From the human T2T-CHM13v2.0 reference genome, Homo sapiens, in the NCBI RefSeq assembly GCF_009914755.1, contig NC_060925.1: DNA of 64,000 bases, one strand, 5' to 3'. This document shows, in pieces, positions 1 to 11,921 of this stretch. A program made the position numbers and the translations under genes. The notes below the pieces were generated by a model. It did not search any database. It was not told where the DNA came from and saw only the letters and a list, made by a program, of their open reading frames with translations. Numbering within the stretch: the stretch's first letter is position 1; every line of letters begins with the position of its first letter.

Positions 1-429
1 CTTTTGGTCTGTTTTGTTATTTTCCAAATGTTAAGGCAGTGCTAGGCACTTAATAAGCCCTCAACAGAGATTGATTAATTGAAAGAAAAAAGGACAAAGA
101 AAAGCAGAAGCGGGCAGAGTGGGCTATATTAGAGGGAGGCTCAGGGGGCTGGGGGCCTGGGAAAGATTCATTTTCCAGAAGGTATGAAATCTTAGTTGAA
201 GCCTGAAGGTCAAGATTGGATTCAGTAAACATATTTGAATGGTGATTGTTTTCAGGCCTGAGTCAAAGAGATGACTCTAGGCCACTAAGGAGTGGAATTG
301 ATTTGGAAGAAAGGAAGTTACATCTGAAAGAAGTCTAGTAGGCATCTCTCTCTTTTTTCTCTCTCTCTCCCCTCCTCCCCCCACACCTCTGTAGATAATA
401 AATCTTGATAAGAGAAAGCTTAAGACAGA

Positions 430-760
430 TGTTAGATAAAAACTGAGGCCAAGGAAGAGATGGGCAGAAGGAATACTGAATAGTGAGGATGGCGACTCGA
501 GAAGCTGTTCTAAGAAGAAAAATACTTCGAGAAGGAAGGTATCCACAGTGCCAAATTATACGAAGTTCTGGTAAGGAAACACCTGGAAATATGTTCACCA
601 GATTTATTAATAGTAACAAAGAGGTCATTTGAAACCTTCATAACAGCAGTTTCACCGGTGCAGAGGAGGTGAAAGCCACATTATGGTGGCTTTAAGAGTA
701 AGATATGAGAGCCTGGCATTTCTAGAGAATGGATAGTGTTTTTGAAGCCTGATTCTAGGT
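430..760 (-). mobile_element. L2 LINE fragment
   Basis: gaggtcatttgaaaccttcataacagcagtttcacc... resembles the reverse strand of the L2 ORF2 region. Confidence 0.6.
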
Positions 761-2331
761 GAGGGCAAGAGATTTATTTAGCTGGTTATATCTGTGAATG
801 CTTCTAGTTGTAATAACATACTTTCACTTTTTTTTTTGAAGTAACAAACCTAGGCTATGTGTTTGTAGAGGAGGAAATATTGCTGCAGAAGGAGAGGGAA
901 AAAATGTCTACTGCCTTGTATGTGTCTGCTTCTTCCATAGGCTTTGGGACATTCTCACCAGGGGGTTTGAGAATCAAACAGTATAAGACAACTTACACAA
1001 CAAGTTGGTCAGGTAAAGACTTGTCTGCCTATTATTTGGATTTTATAGGAAATTTAAAATAAACAGCTCTAACAAGCAGAGTAAGCTTGTTGACTGAACC
1101 ATATGAGATGCATTTAATTTTTCTCACCACAGGTGTTCTCAAGCTTCTATATACTCTGTGCTTGTGGTTGTTCTAAGATAATATTTCTGAAAATATGGAA
1201 ATATCTCTGGGGATATTTGAAAATAATTTATTTCAAAGAATATGGAATGTTAAGACCTAAAATCCATGATTTATTCAATACTGGGTATTCATTCATTTAT
1301 GTGATGGAAAAGTTACCATAGACTTTCCATCTACATTTTCTTATTGCATCTTGTTCTGTTCCTTCAAGCCATCCTCCTTCACCCTCTGATTAACCACACA
1401 GTTCCATTCTTCTCACAATATATAGGCAGTAAATTTTTTTCTAAAAATAACAGTAAATGTGTGTGTTTAACAGTATAAGAGGTAGATCTCAAATGAGCGT
1501 AAAGATCAATAACAATTATGTGCCAATTATACTATGAATATGTAATTGGCAGAACTGTATGGGCAGACCATGAAGACTGAGCAACAGCAATTCTGATCGA
1601 ACCATGCCCTAAATGTCTCTGCCTAAAACCCCAGGTTTTTAAAAGAAGCCTAATACAAACAAGTACCTAAATGAATTGAAAATATCAACACTGGCATATA
1701 TTTGAAATTAATATATACAATACAACTTCTATTTTTTCATTATTCATTGAACTATTGAGCTATAAGTGGTTATATACACATAGGTGAAACAAAGAAGACT
1801 AAGACACAATTCCCTACCCTCTAGTAACTCAAATTATCTTTGAATTAAGAAGAGTTTACTATATTGTGAGGTTTTCTCTAATTTGATAATAGAAGAGATG
1901 GAAATGCATGCAGTTACATGGCCACAGACAGATAACTTCCTTACTTAGCATTGGGATAAATCCTCAAAAACTAATTCCAAAAGTATATCTAAAATAAACC
2001 TCTATTTTCCATTCATTCTCCTAACCACCTTGCCATAGACTTTGAAGTGGAAGACTTTCGGTTCAGTTGAGAGATGCCACAGGACGGCTCGTGCAGAGCA
2101 ATTACTCATGTGGTGGCTAAGCATGGCTTCCACAAGACAGCTTCTTTACTGGCCTTCTGTTAATGAGTTAGAGGTATGACAACAGATACTGATGGATGTG
2201 TTTAAAGAAGCAAATGAATTTGAAAAACCAAACTTTAAATGTGAACTTCAATTTTTATATTGTGTGACTGTATTTTTTATATCATTGATTAGATTTGAGA
2301 TAGTAGCATAGTTTAGTCTCTGGAATCTTTG

Positions 2332-2960
2332 TTTCATTCATTTAAGTAGCCACGAGGTGCCAGGTATTGTTGTAGACCCTGAAGTTACAGTTGTGAACAA
2401 AACTGACTAAGCTACTGCTCTCAGGAAACTTGAACCCTAGAGACGGAAAGAGGCATTAGGCAAAACAGTAAAGATAGAGATGATAATAAATTCTGTAGAG
2501 AAAATAAAATGTAGTCAGGAGTAATAAATAAAATGTGGTTAGGAGTAATAAGGAATGCTGGATGATGAATGTTACATATGATGTTGCGTGTTAGGAAAAT
2601 TCACACTGAGTAGCTAGCATGTGATGAAAGTAAGGAAGTGCAGTATGTATATAAAACAACATAAAGAAAAGGTAGTGCAAATGCCTTGAGGCAGAAGGCC
2701 GCAGGAAGTGTTCATGAAAAATCAAGGAAGCCAGAAGACAGTGACTAGGAGCCTGGGAAAACAAGCAGCAGGAGATGAGGATAGGGGCTTGTAGGCTATA
2801 ATAGGACCAGGTTTTATTCTGAGTGACACAGGAAGACAATGGAAAACATAATCTATTTTAGGTTTCAAAATAATAATACAGTTGCATTTTTTTTAATGTC
2901 TGAGGACAAGGGGAGAGGCAGAGACATCAGATAGGAGAATATTAGAGTTCAATACTGTCA
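2332..2960 (-). mobile_element. L2 LINE 3' end
   Basis: ttcattcattt...gtgccaggtattgtt...acagttgtgaacaaaac is the reverse-complement L2 tail. Confidence 0.7.
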
Positions 2961-3299
2961 TTAGACATGGATAACAGAGGGTCACTTTAGAGAACCTCCA
3001 TATCTCAAACATAAACACAATAAATTTATTAAACGAGTGCCTGCTTCTGTCAGTCTGATATTGGTATTAAGAGCTCACGTAGTTCTAAACTCTGTCCTAA
3101 CTCTGGACCTCAGTTCTCATAACCAACCGTTCAGTCTGCAGTGAACACTCCTCTACATCTTCTGTCTTATGTACTCAAAAAAGGAAGAACCATATGAATA
3201 ATTGTGGGTTATGCCACTGTTGATACGAGAAGAAAACTGCTTTGAAATGAAGGAAAGATTTGAGTTGTAGAAGCCTTTAGGTAAATGAAAAAGCAAAAT

Positions 3300-4075
3300 T
3301 AACTACTCAACAAAACACTAACAAACCAAACTCAACAGCACATTAAAAGGACCATTCACCATAATCAAGCATTATTTACCCCCAGGATGCAAGGATGGTT
3401 CAACATACACAAATCAATAAGTGTGATATACCACATTAATAGAATAAAGGACAAAAACCATAGGATCATCTCAATTGATGCAGGAAAAAACATTGGACAA
3501 AACTGAATATCCTTTCATTATACAAATACTGTAATCATTAGGTGTAGAAAAAATGTACGTGAACACAATAAAAGCCATGTATCACAAGCTCACAACGAAC
3601 ATCATATTCAATGGTGAAGAGCTGAAAGCTTTTCCTCTAAGATCAGGAACGAGACAAGGATACCCACTTTTACCATTTCTATTTTACATAGTACTGAAAG
3701 TCTTAGCCAGAGCAATTAGGCAAGAGAAAGAAATAAAAGGCATCCAAAACGTAAAGGAAAAGGTTCAGTTGTGTGTTTGCAGGTGACATGGTCTTATGTA
3801 TAGAAAACCCGAAAGCCAACACCAAAAATAGTTCAAACTAATAAACAAATTCTGTAAATTTACAAAATACAAAATCAACATACTAAATTCAGTAACATAT
3901 CTACACATTAACAATAAACCACCCAAAAAAAAAAGAAATCAAGAAAACAATCCCATTTACAAGTAGCTAAAAAATATATAATTAAGAACAAATGTTTCCA
4001 AGGAGTTAAACTATTTATATCATGAAAACCATAAATCTTTGAAGAAAACAATTGAAGAAGAGAAACAAAAAGTGT
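3300..4075 (+). mobile_element. Old L1 ORF2 fragment (reverse transcriptase domain)
   Basis: ORF 3553-3786 reads [26 protein letters not shown]...[15 protein letters not shown], the L1 RT signature. Flanks are degraded by stops and frameshifts. Confidence 0.93.
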
Positions 4076-4339
4076 AAAAGTTGTCAGAATCTAAATGGAG
4101 TCAACGGCATTAAATACCTTGACAAATGGGGCCACAGTAGGCCATAAAGGAAGGGTTCTCACATACACTCTTGATAACATACTATCTTGATAACAAGAAC
4201 TATCACAAAAGACTTCAAATGATATCTGTAATTTATTACTAAAAGATAAAATATTATTCGAAGAAATCAAAGCTAAATGATTAATCATCTGAATTACCAA
4301 TTACCAGTCATTACCAATATTTAGGTAAAACTAAAATAT

Positions 4340-4610
4340 TAATAATAAAAAGTACTACTTAGTGAGCATTTACCATGTGCTAAACTTTGTATTATACCCT
4401 TTTAAAATTCCTCAGTTCATTTAACTCTCAAAATAATGTAGTTAGATTACCATAATTATCAAGATTTCTATTTAACAGTGAAAGAAACTAGAGCTAGCTA
4501 GTTAAGGTGAAGAATCACACCCAAGATCAAGTTAGTAAATGTAGAGACGATTTCAGTTTGGGCATGTGTCTCTGAGTCAGAGCTGATTATATTATACCCT
4601 ACTGCCTCAC
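4340..4610 (-). mobile_element. MIR SINE
   Basis: tgagcatttaccatgtgc...tttaacagtgaaagaaact resembles the reversed MIR core. Confidence 0.55.
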
Positions 4611-5262
4611 ACAACTTAATCGTAATTTTAACATATCCCATAAAAATAAAACACCTCTATCTAGGTCATTAAAACTTGACATATACCACTGTGCTCCTTA
4701 GGATTTTTTGGTTGTCTATATCTCAAACATGATTTACATAGTTTAAGCCAATAAAAAGAGTCTATCCAAGAGTATCTCACAAAACACAAAGTTGCAAAAC
4801 TCTCCCTACACAAAGCCATGAGAAACCTGCGCAGCTTCTTTTTCTATGACTGCCTCTATCTTCTCTCTCCTCAGCCTGGCCTTTTCTGATTTTCAGTACA
4901 TGTTGCAAGTGGAAAATGGCCACCCTGCAGCACCAAGCTTTCATTTTATTCCTGCTCAAACAGCCCAGAATGAAAAAGAATCTCTTGTCATAGATATCTA
5001 GGAGAGAATCTGATTTCCCCAGCCTCGGTCAGTTCTCTCCATCAGATTCAAGTGGCCAGAATGAGGGCCAGAGTTAGGTGGTACAAAGAAAGCTTCAAGG
5101 GTCTATGCCAATAAACTTGTGGATTTGTGTGGTAGGTACCTTCAGAAGTATACATCACAGTCAAATTTATCCAGAATTTGTGATAAATATTCCTATCTTC
5201 TAGGAAAGAATCCTATAAATAAGAAATATAATAAACAAAGGAAACAATCCAAAGAGGCTGTA

Positions 5263-5853
5263 TGTGAGGGGTTCAGAATGTCACCCCAAAATATGTCACC
5301 TTGGTATAAGGACCATTTTGAGCTGAAAGCACTTAAGAAACAACAAACTGCAGAAAGAGCTCTTTGCTCTTTGCTCTCTCCCTATCTGCCTAAAAGCAGA
5401 CATAAATTTCCTTTTGTGAAGGTGTTCCCCTCCCTTCTTCCATACCAGGAGGAGAACAATCCTTTATCACTGGATACAGAAAGTTGGCACCAAGATGGAT
5501 TTGCACAAACAAACCTTGCTAAAATAGCCCTTATCTTCCATTGGTATCCCTCATATATTTATCTTCCCACAATTTATCACCCCTAGAATCCCAAACCCCT
5601 TTTCCTTTGTGTTATCACTTCTGCACGATTTATCTCCCTTTATTAAAATGGTATGTAAGCCCCTGGGTTTAACTCCTTCTTTCTGTCTTCATTTCTTTCA
5701 TGTGAAGGTCTTGTGCACATATAAATTAAAATATGAACATCAAATACAATGTGTATGCATGTTTTCCTGTCAATCTGTCTTCTGTCAGATTAATTCACAT
5801 GCCCCAGCCACTGAACATAAGAGGTTAAAGGAAAAGGTTTTTCTTCCCCTACA
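5263..5853 (+). mobile_element. ERV1 solo LTR, MER34/MER39 group
   Basis: TG...CA termini; start tgtgaggggttcagaatgtcaccccaaaatatg...ttttgagctgaaagc; end ttcttcccctaca. Confidence 0.8.
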
Positions 5854-6641
5854 TACATTACACATAAATGTAGTATATACAGTTATTGATATTTGGAGCT
5901 CCATATTCAAATATTGATGTTGGAATTTTAACTACTGATTCAATTTGCAAATGCTGAATAGATATTAACATTTTTAGGATAAATCACATGAAATATTCTG
6001 GGGAATAGGTTAGTAAAATCTAAATAGATATTAGAAATTTGAAAGAAAAGAGAAAATAAAATATTCCATTCTGTCTCACTAATGACTACTGAATCAAAGC
6101 ATGACCATGCAAATAGGGTATAACACATTTTTTTTGTAATTAAAGCAACTTCAAGATAGGTAACATTAAAAATATCCTGGCTTAATGAAAACAAAAATAT
6201 GAAATGCAGTTAGGATGTGTGGATCTTTATCGTGTTATATAAAAATACAAATATTTCAAAATTCATAAACTTCAATAACGGAGAGCTATGACAGCAGAGT
6301 TCCACATTTTTGTTCATATTCATTTTAAGTGCATGACTGCAGGAAGGCGTTTCTCATGCTATTTCTCTGTGGTCCCTGATATTCAAAGTAGTACATGCAA
6401 TATTAATGATCTCACTTTTGTGAGTATACAGCATACACCACATTCCCACCTAAAGAAAAGCTCCTCAATTCCTAATCATTTCAATAGGCTCTAATGTAAT
6501 ATTTCCTACATTGGAAATCACAGCACTTTATTTAAGGAAATCAGTTTGGCCAAGTGAGCTCTATGGAGTGCAGCCTGCACAGACGTCAGTTCAAAGGATC
6601 AGATGTCAAAATGCTCCCTCTAATGTCCTTTAATCATCACT

Positions 6642-6790
6642 CCGATTAGTGCATGAATAGGACTGTGATTAAAAACGCTGCTGCCATTGTCTACCTATTC
6701 AGGCCTCTAGCATTTTACGTGGGTTCCACCGATTAGTGTTTGAATAGGGGAACGATTAGAAAGACAGCTGCCATTGTATGCCCATTCGGG
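6642..6790. repeat. Two-copy 62-bp tandem module, period 87 bp
   Basis: 6642-6703 and 6729-6790 align without gaps at 47/62 identity. Confidence 0.9.
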
Positions 6791-7724
6791 AAAACAGCAA
6801 AACTCACATATTTATTTGCTATGAGCACCAAATAAATGTTTTGCAAAGGTAAAATATACCATTAGACTCTAAAGACAATTTTGCTGATTTCTTTTGTTCA
6901 GAGCACTGTATTTTCCCATATGCAAAGATGTTTCTTATTTGCAAATACAGTAATATGCTTCATTAATATCTTTTAAAATATACATATTTTGTTTTCATAG
7001 AAATAGTCTTAACACACATCTGCTTTATTATATACTACTTATTGACCTATAATACATCATACAATTCCAGTTTAATATTTATGATTATGCAAAGATTTTC
7101 TGTGTAAACAAATTCAATCTATTTGGTTCCAGATCTTTTGGATCCCTTCTCAATATTCTTGGACTAATACGTAGTCTATAAGAACAACTTCTTCTCCCAA
7201 GAGAAATTTCCTTGTCAGACACGGAGAATAAATATTTCACTCTTGGGCCATTCTAAGAGAGGGAACACATTTCAGGTTAGCAGTTAGTAGCCCTGCAGGA
7301 GCTCACACAAGAGAGCTTCGGCCAGAGTGGAATTCCCCACGACAATACAAACCTCTATCCTATGATAAAAATTCTCCAAGACCAAGGCATCATGTTGAGG
7401 CTTTTTGGAGAAGGGAGAAATACAGGCAAAAAAAAAAAAAAATCACAGAAAAAGAATCCATCCATATGCAAATATAAGACAGTGCTCAAAAAAATTTTTG
7501 TGGCTGTTTCTCTCTCTCTTCTTTCTGTTTCTGTAGAAATATGCTACTAGGAAATTTCTGGGCAGTAGAGGAAATATTCTGTCTTCCATTACCATCCTCA
7601 GTATCTTGCTGCTCAGTACTTCTCCATGGTTTTTCCATATACATTGTTCTCTATCCACTATCATGATGCGCTTCCATATGTAGTAACAGAAACCTCGGAG
7701 CATCCCCCTTATAAATGCTGATAA

Positions 7725-7965
7725 TGATAAGCAATAATACTTACATAAGGTTATATATATGCCAACCACGATTTTAAGAATACTATGCACATTGACTCAT
7801 TTACTCTATCAGGTAGATATTATTCTCTTAATTTAGAGATGAGGAAATGGAGACAGTAAAGGAATCAGAAATTTACTCAAGGTCATACTCTAGTAAATGG
7901 CAAAACCAATAATTGGAGCTAAGCAGATTATCCCTAGAGCTTACTCTCTTAACCAAACTCTCTAC
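7725..7965 (-). mobile_element. MIR SINE
   Basis: tttagagatgaggaaatggagacag...tttactcaaggtcatac...agtaaatggc is the reversed MIR core. Confidence 0.75.
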
Positions 7966-8769
7966 TGACAACTGAGCTCTTTGGGTTCCACTGCCTGCCC
8001 TCATAAAAACCCAACCTCAAAGATAAGGAAGCTGTGAAGGGAAAATTTTTCTTCTTTTGCAAATAAAGCTAATTGAAACATACCTTACACAGGGGAAAGT
8101 TTTTTCCAGTTCAGTTTAAACCCTGAGTAGATAACTATATTCCATTAACCATAAAGTTGTTTAAAAAAATAGAGCACCCTGCTTAACCATTATTAAAATT
8201 TCAAACCAGTGAAGAACAAAATAAAAGTAACAAGGCTGATGGCTGACAATTACAAACGAGTTTAATTTGTGTGTCACATGGATGTGGAGAAAGTTGCAAT
8301 CAGTCTGAAATAAATAATTAAAGCAAAGCATTTTTGTAACAGCCTCAGGAAATTAAGAGTTAACACTTTTCTTCTTTTTAGTCAATTATCATCTTATTAC
8401 ATATTTCTGCCTGGAGAATAAATCTCTGACAACACTGGTCCATGTGTGGAATGAAGCACTAGGAAAAAACATACTTTTAAAGAGGGATACTAATATATAT
8501 CAAAACTCTAAATTACAGCATATCACAAACAAAGAATGTGCCTTTTTAACATATAACATGCACTTCTCAATGAAATAACCAGACTATAGAACTTTTCGAG
8601 AAAAAAATATTTATCATCATCATCATTGTCACTACTCTGTGGAGAGGTCCTCAGCATCATCTCTTGGTACTTTTCTTCATGCTCCAGTCTACGACTTCAG
8701 CCATGCAGTACTGACACCGTTTCAATCCCTTAACTTCAATCAGTATGCTCCCCCATCTTCGGACTTTCA

Positions 8770-9078
8770 GATACAAGTTTTCTACTCTCGTGAAATTCCT
8801 CTTTTTCCTTCCTTCCTTCCCTCCTTCATCTTTATTTTCAGTTTAAATTCTGGTTCCTCAGGGAGGCCAACCTTGAATTCTGAGACCAGGCTACAGTACT
8901 TCAGCTGTAACTCCCATGGAAGGCTGTACTGACGAAACTTGATCGTGAAATGAGGTTAACACCTGTGCAAATGCCCACTTAGCTGTCTGGGCAAAAACCG
9001 TTTTGTCCCTTTCCCATGACTTATCACAGTGGCTGGAACATGTTAGATCTTCCATTAATATTTAGTAATTAATAAATA
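8770..9078 (+). mobile_element. L2 3' end
   Basis: ttcctcagggaggcc...cacagtggctggaacat...aatatttagtaattaataaat. Confidence 0.55.
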
Positions 9079-9544
9079 TGTACAATTTAGATTCAAATAT
9101 TTATACTATATAAGTTTCAAAGTGAAATAATTTATATGTAGTGGTGTTACAGAAATACTGAAAAGTGTGATGCAATAAATTAATTCTTTAAGGGGGTTCA
9201 TTACTCCAGAAGGTAACTTATTTCCAGCAATTGAATTAATGCCCAAAAATATTCAGGAGATAATACTCACAGTTCATACTTCATATATATATATAAACAA
9301 CGGAAACCAATCAATAGCTTCATATTTTACTTGCTGTTTCAGGGTATACTTTGTATTCTTACAGAAATCTAGGTGTATGTTAGTAGATAAAACTTACATA
9401 AAAATTCTTCAAAAGAATATCAAAATACATTTTTATATATGTGTAGATTGAGCAATTCACTTATCTTCACCAAGCTTCGTATTTCCCATTAATAAAAAGA
9501 GGATTATAATCATAATAATTAACAAAACAACAGTAATAGTTCTC

Positions 9545-9645
9545 ATCCACCAGAATATAAGTTTTGGAAGAGTAAAGTACACAGTTGTATTCTCAGCACC
9601 AAAAGCAGTGTTTAACACACACTAAGATTTCAGTAAATATTCAAT
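9545..9645 (+). mobile_element. L2 3' end (left member of a tail-to-tail pair)
   Basis: gaatataagtttt...gtattctcagcaccaaaagcagtg...cagtaaatatt. Confidence 0.55.
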
Positions 9646-9647
9646 TG

Positions 9648-9850
9648 TTATTTATTGCATACTTACTACATGTGTGGCACTATTTCAGGAGCTGAAGATA
9701 CAGTTGTGAACAAAATAGGTCTTCACAGACCTTACATTCTCGTGGGGAGAAAATGACTAAACAACCAAACAAGTAAAATATGAAAAATAGTATGTTAGAT
9801 GGCAATATGTTCTATGAAGAAAAATAAAGCAGGAAAGGGAGTATAAGGAG
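9648..9850 (-). mobile_element. L2 3' end (right member of a tail-to-tail pair)
   Basis: tatttattgcatacttactacatgtgtggcactatttcaggagctgaagatacagttgtgaacaaaa. Confidence 0.7.
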
Positions 9851-10238
9851 TAAATGCATGAAGTAATATTTGCTTCATAGAGTTGTTCATCAACTAATTT
9901 AGTTATTATAAACAGCCTGGTTCACTATCCACCATCCTCATTGTCTTCATCATCACCATTATCACCGTTATTATTTGAGATACTGTTACAGAGTACAGCA
10001 CTGTGTCACACAGCTAAATCCTTTGTTAGATGCACTCCCTACATCATAGAACTTCAGAAAAAATGAGTGAAATGTATTTGCTTCTCAGCACAGAGATGGA
10101 AAGAATATATGAGAAACTGAATCATATAATCTAAATTAGGTATTTGTATCAGATACTCAAAAATGCTTTGTGTACATTAAACATATCATAAATTCATAAG
10201 GAAGGAGAACTACAAATATTTTACAAATCATGAACATT

Positions 10239-10390
10239 TATGCCACTTATGTTTACATAATTTACTTGCAGAACTAGGTGCATACAGGGTTTTTCTCAAA
10301 TCAAGATACCATAAGCAAATTGATCTCTCTATACAAATGTCTACCAATATTTTCAGTTAAATTAATTTGGGACAGGAAAATAATATATTT
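10239..10390 (+). repeat. Local direct duplication, copy A (~150 bp)
   Basis: Aligns to 11768-11921 at roughly 88-90% identity. Confidence 0.92.
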
Positions 10391-11767
10391 GAGAATCCTT
10401 AAAAATGATGTGATTCAGACACTCAGAGGAATTGCTTTTTATTCTGGAAATACAAGACAAAATTATCCTAAACTAAGTTGAACTGCAATCTTGCAGTTAC
10501 TAGGACTATTGTTCATATACCTATGTTTTTATTTTCAAAGAGTTTCCTTTTCATGAATTTCCAGTGCTATGGAAAGCTATCACATCTACCAACAACATTA
10601 ATAAAAATTGGAGAACATTTGCTTCGGTCAAAATATTTTCTGCCTTCTCTCTGTACATGCTTTATTTTATAGTGCCAAAGACAACAGAGATTTTTAAGAT
10701 ATGTTATTTTTATATACTAACAACAACAAAAAACTGCTAATTAAACTGATACAAACTTTCTTATCAGATTAACTATAAAATGAATCTTAATTCCAGAGAT
10801 GTGAAACTGTGATAAAATATGCATCAGAGAATTGATCAAATATGGCAAGTACCACAATGACATAATGATTCATTGTTTCATGCAGAAATGAAAATCAAAT
10901 GGCATAAAAATATTAAATGAATGTATGTTATACATTTGAGTCTTCTTTTATTCTATGTTAGTTACAATACAGTGTTGTTGATAATAGCATTTTTAGTGTC
11001 AAGAATTGCCCTGAGTTTTCTTGCCTAGATGACAAAGTGATTATTTTTGCTACCAACATAGCAAAAGAAAAGCCAGGCAGGAATAGGCATGAATAATTCG
11101 GTTTTTGACATAGTCATAATCAGAAACCAATACAATATCTAGGTGGAACTATCATAAGAATCATCTGGATACAGACAGGATCTTGGATGGAGATATTCAT
11201 TTGGCTGTTAATAAACACATAGATGGGCATTAAAACTATGGAGTGAATGTAGCTATCAAGAGAGGCATAATTGAGATTTTCCACTGTTCCCATCTTGAAA
11301 TCTACAACTAGACTCTAAACTTTCTACCCAAAATGCCTTTGCATAAGCAGCCAGTTATTATTTTAAAATAAATACCTGTTGTATGTCAGAATTCATACAA
11401 TGAAAGACTCCACCTCAACTTCAAAATTACAAGTTCTACAATATGTGTAAATGAGCTTTATACTCTGAAGGGATTTCTAGGTAGTCACATTTCACAGTAT
11501 ATTTTTCCCTCTCTAATTTTTTTCCCTCTGCTGAAATTTTAAGCTCGCATTTTCTTTAAAGTGTTATTTTCTTTAATTTTCCTAAGACACACACGCAAAA
11601 TTATTAAATTTACACATTAATAATATCTAACATTTGTTAGAAATAAGAAAGCTATTGCCCAGTAATGATCACTTAAAATATACTTACTTCAAAGTAAACT
11701 TTTATTTTTCTAATTCATTGCAATGTTCTCAACAAATGCCACAGGAAAATTGTTTTTAAAATGTATG

Positions 11768-11921
11768 TATGCCATTTATGTTTACATAATTTACTTGCAG
11801 AACTAGTTGAATACGGGGTTTTTCTCAAATCAAGATGTCATAGGCAAACTGATCTCTTTATTCAAATGTCTACCAATTTTGAGTTAAATTAACTTGGGGA
11901 TAGGAAAATAATAATATATTT
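11768..11921 (+). repeat. Local direct duplication, copy B
   Basis: Aligns to 10239-10390; offset 1529 bp. Confidence 0.92.

Noticed and set aside
3553-3786. Reverse-transcriptase-like ORF as a novel RT system
   Set aside because: Ordinary degraded L1 ORF2 fragment.
6642-6790. CRISPR-like repeat-spacer array
   Set aside because: Only two diverged units, human intronic context and no cas genes.
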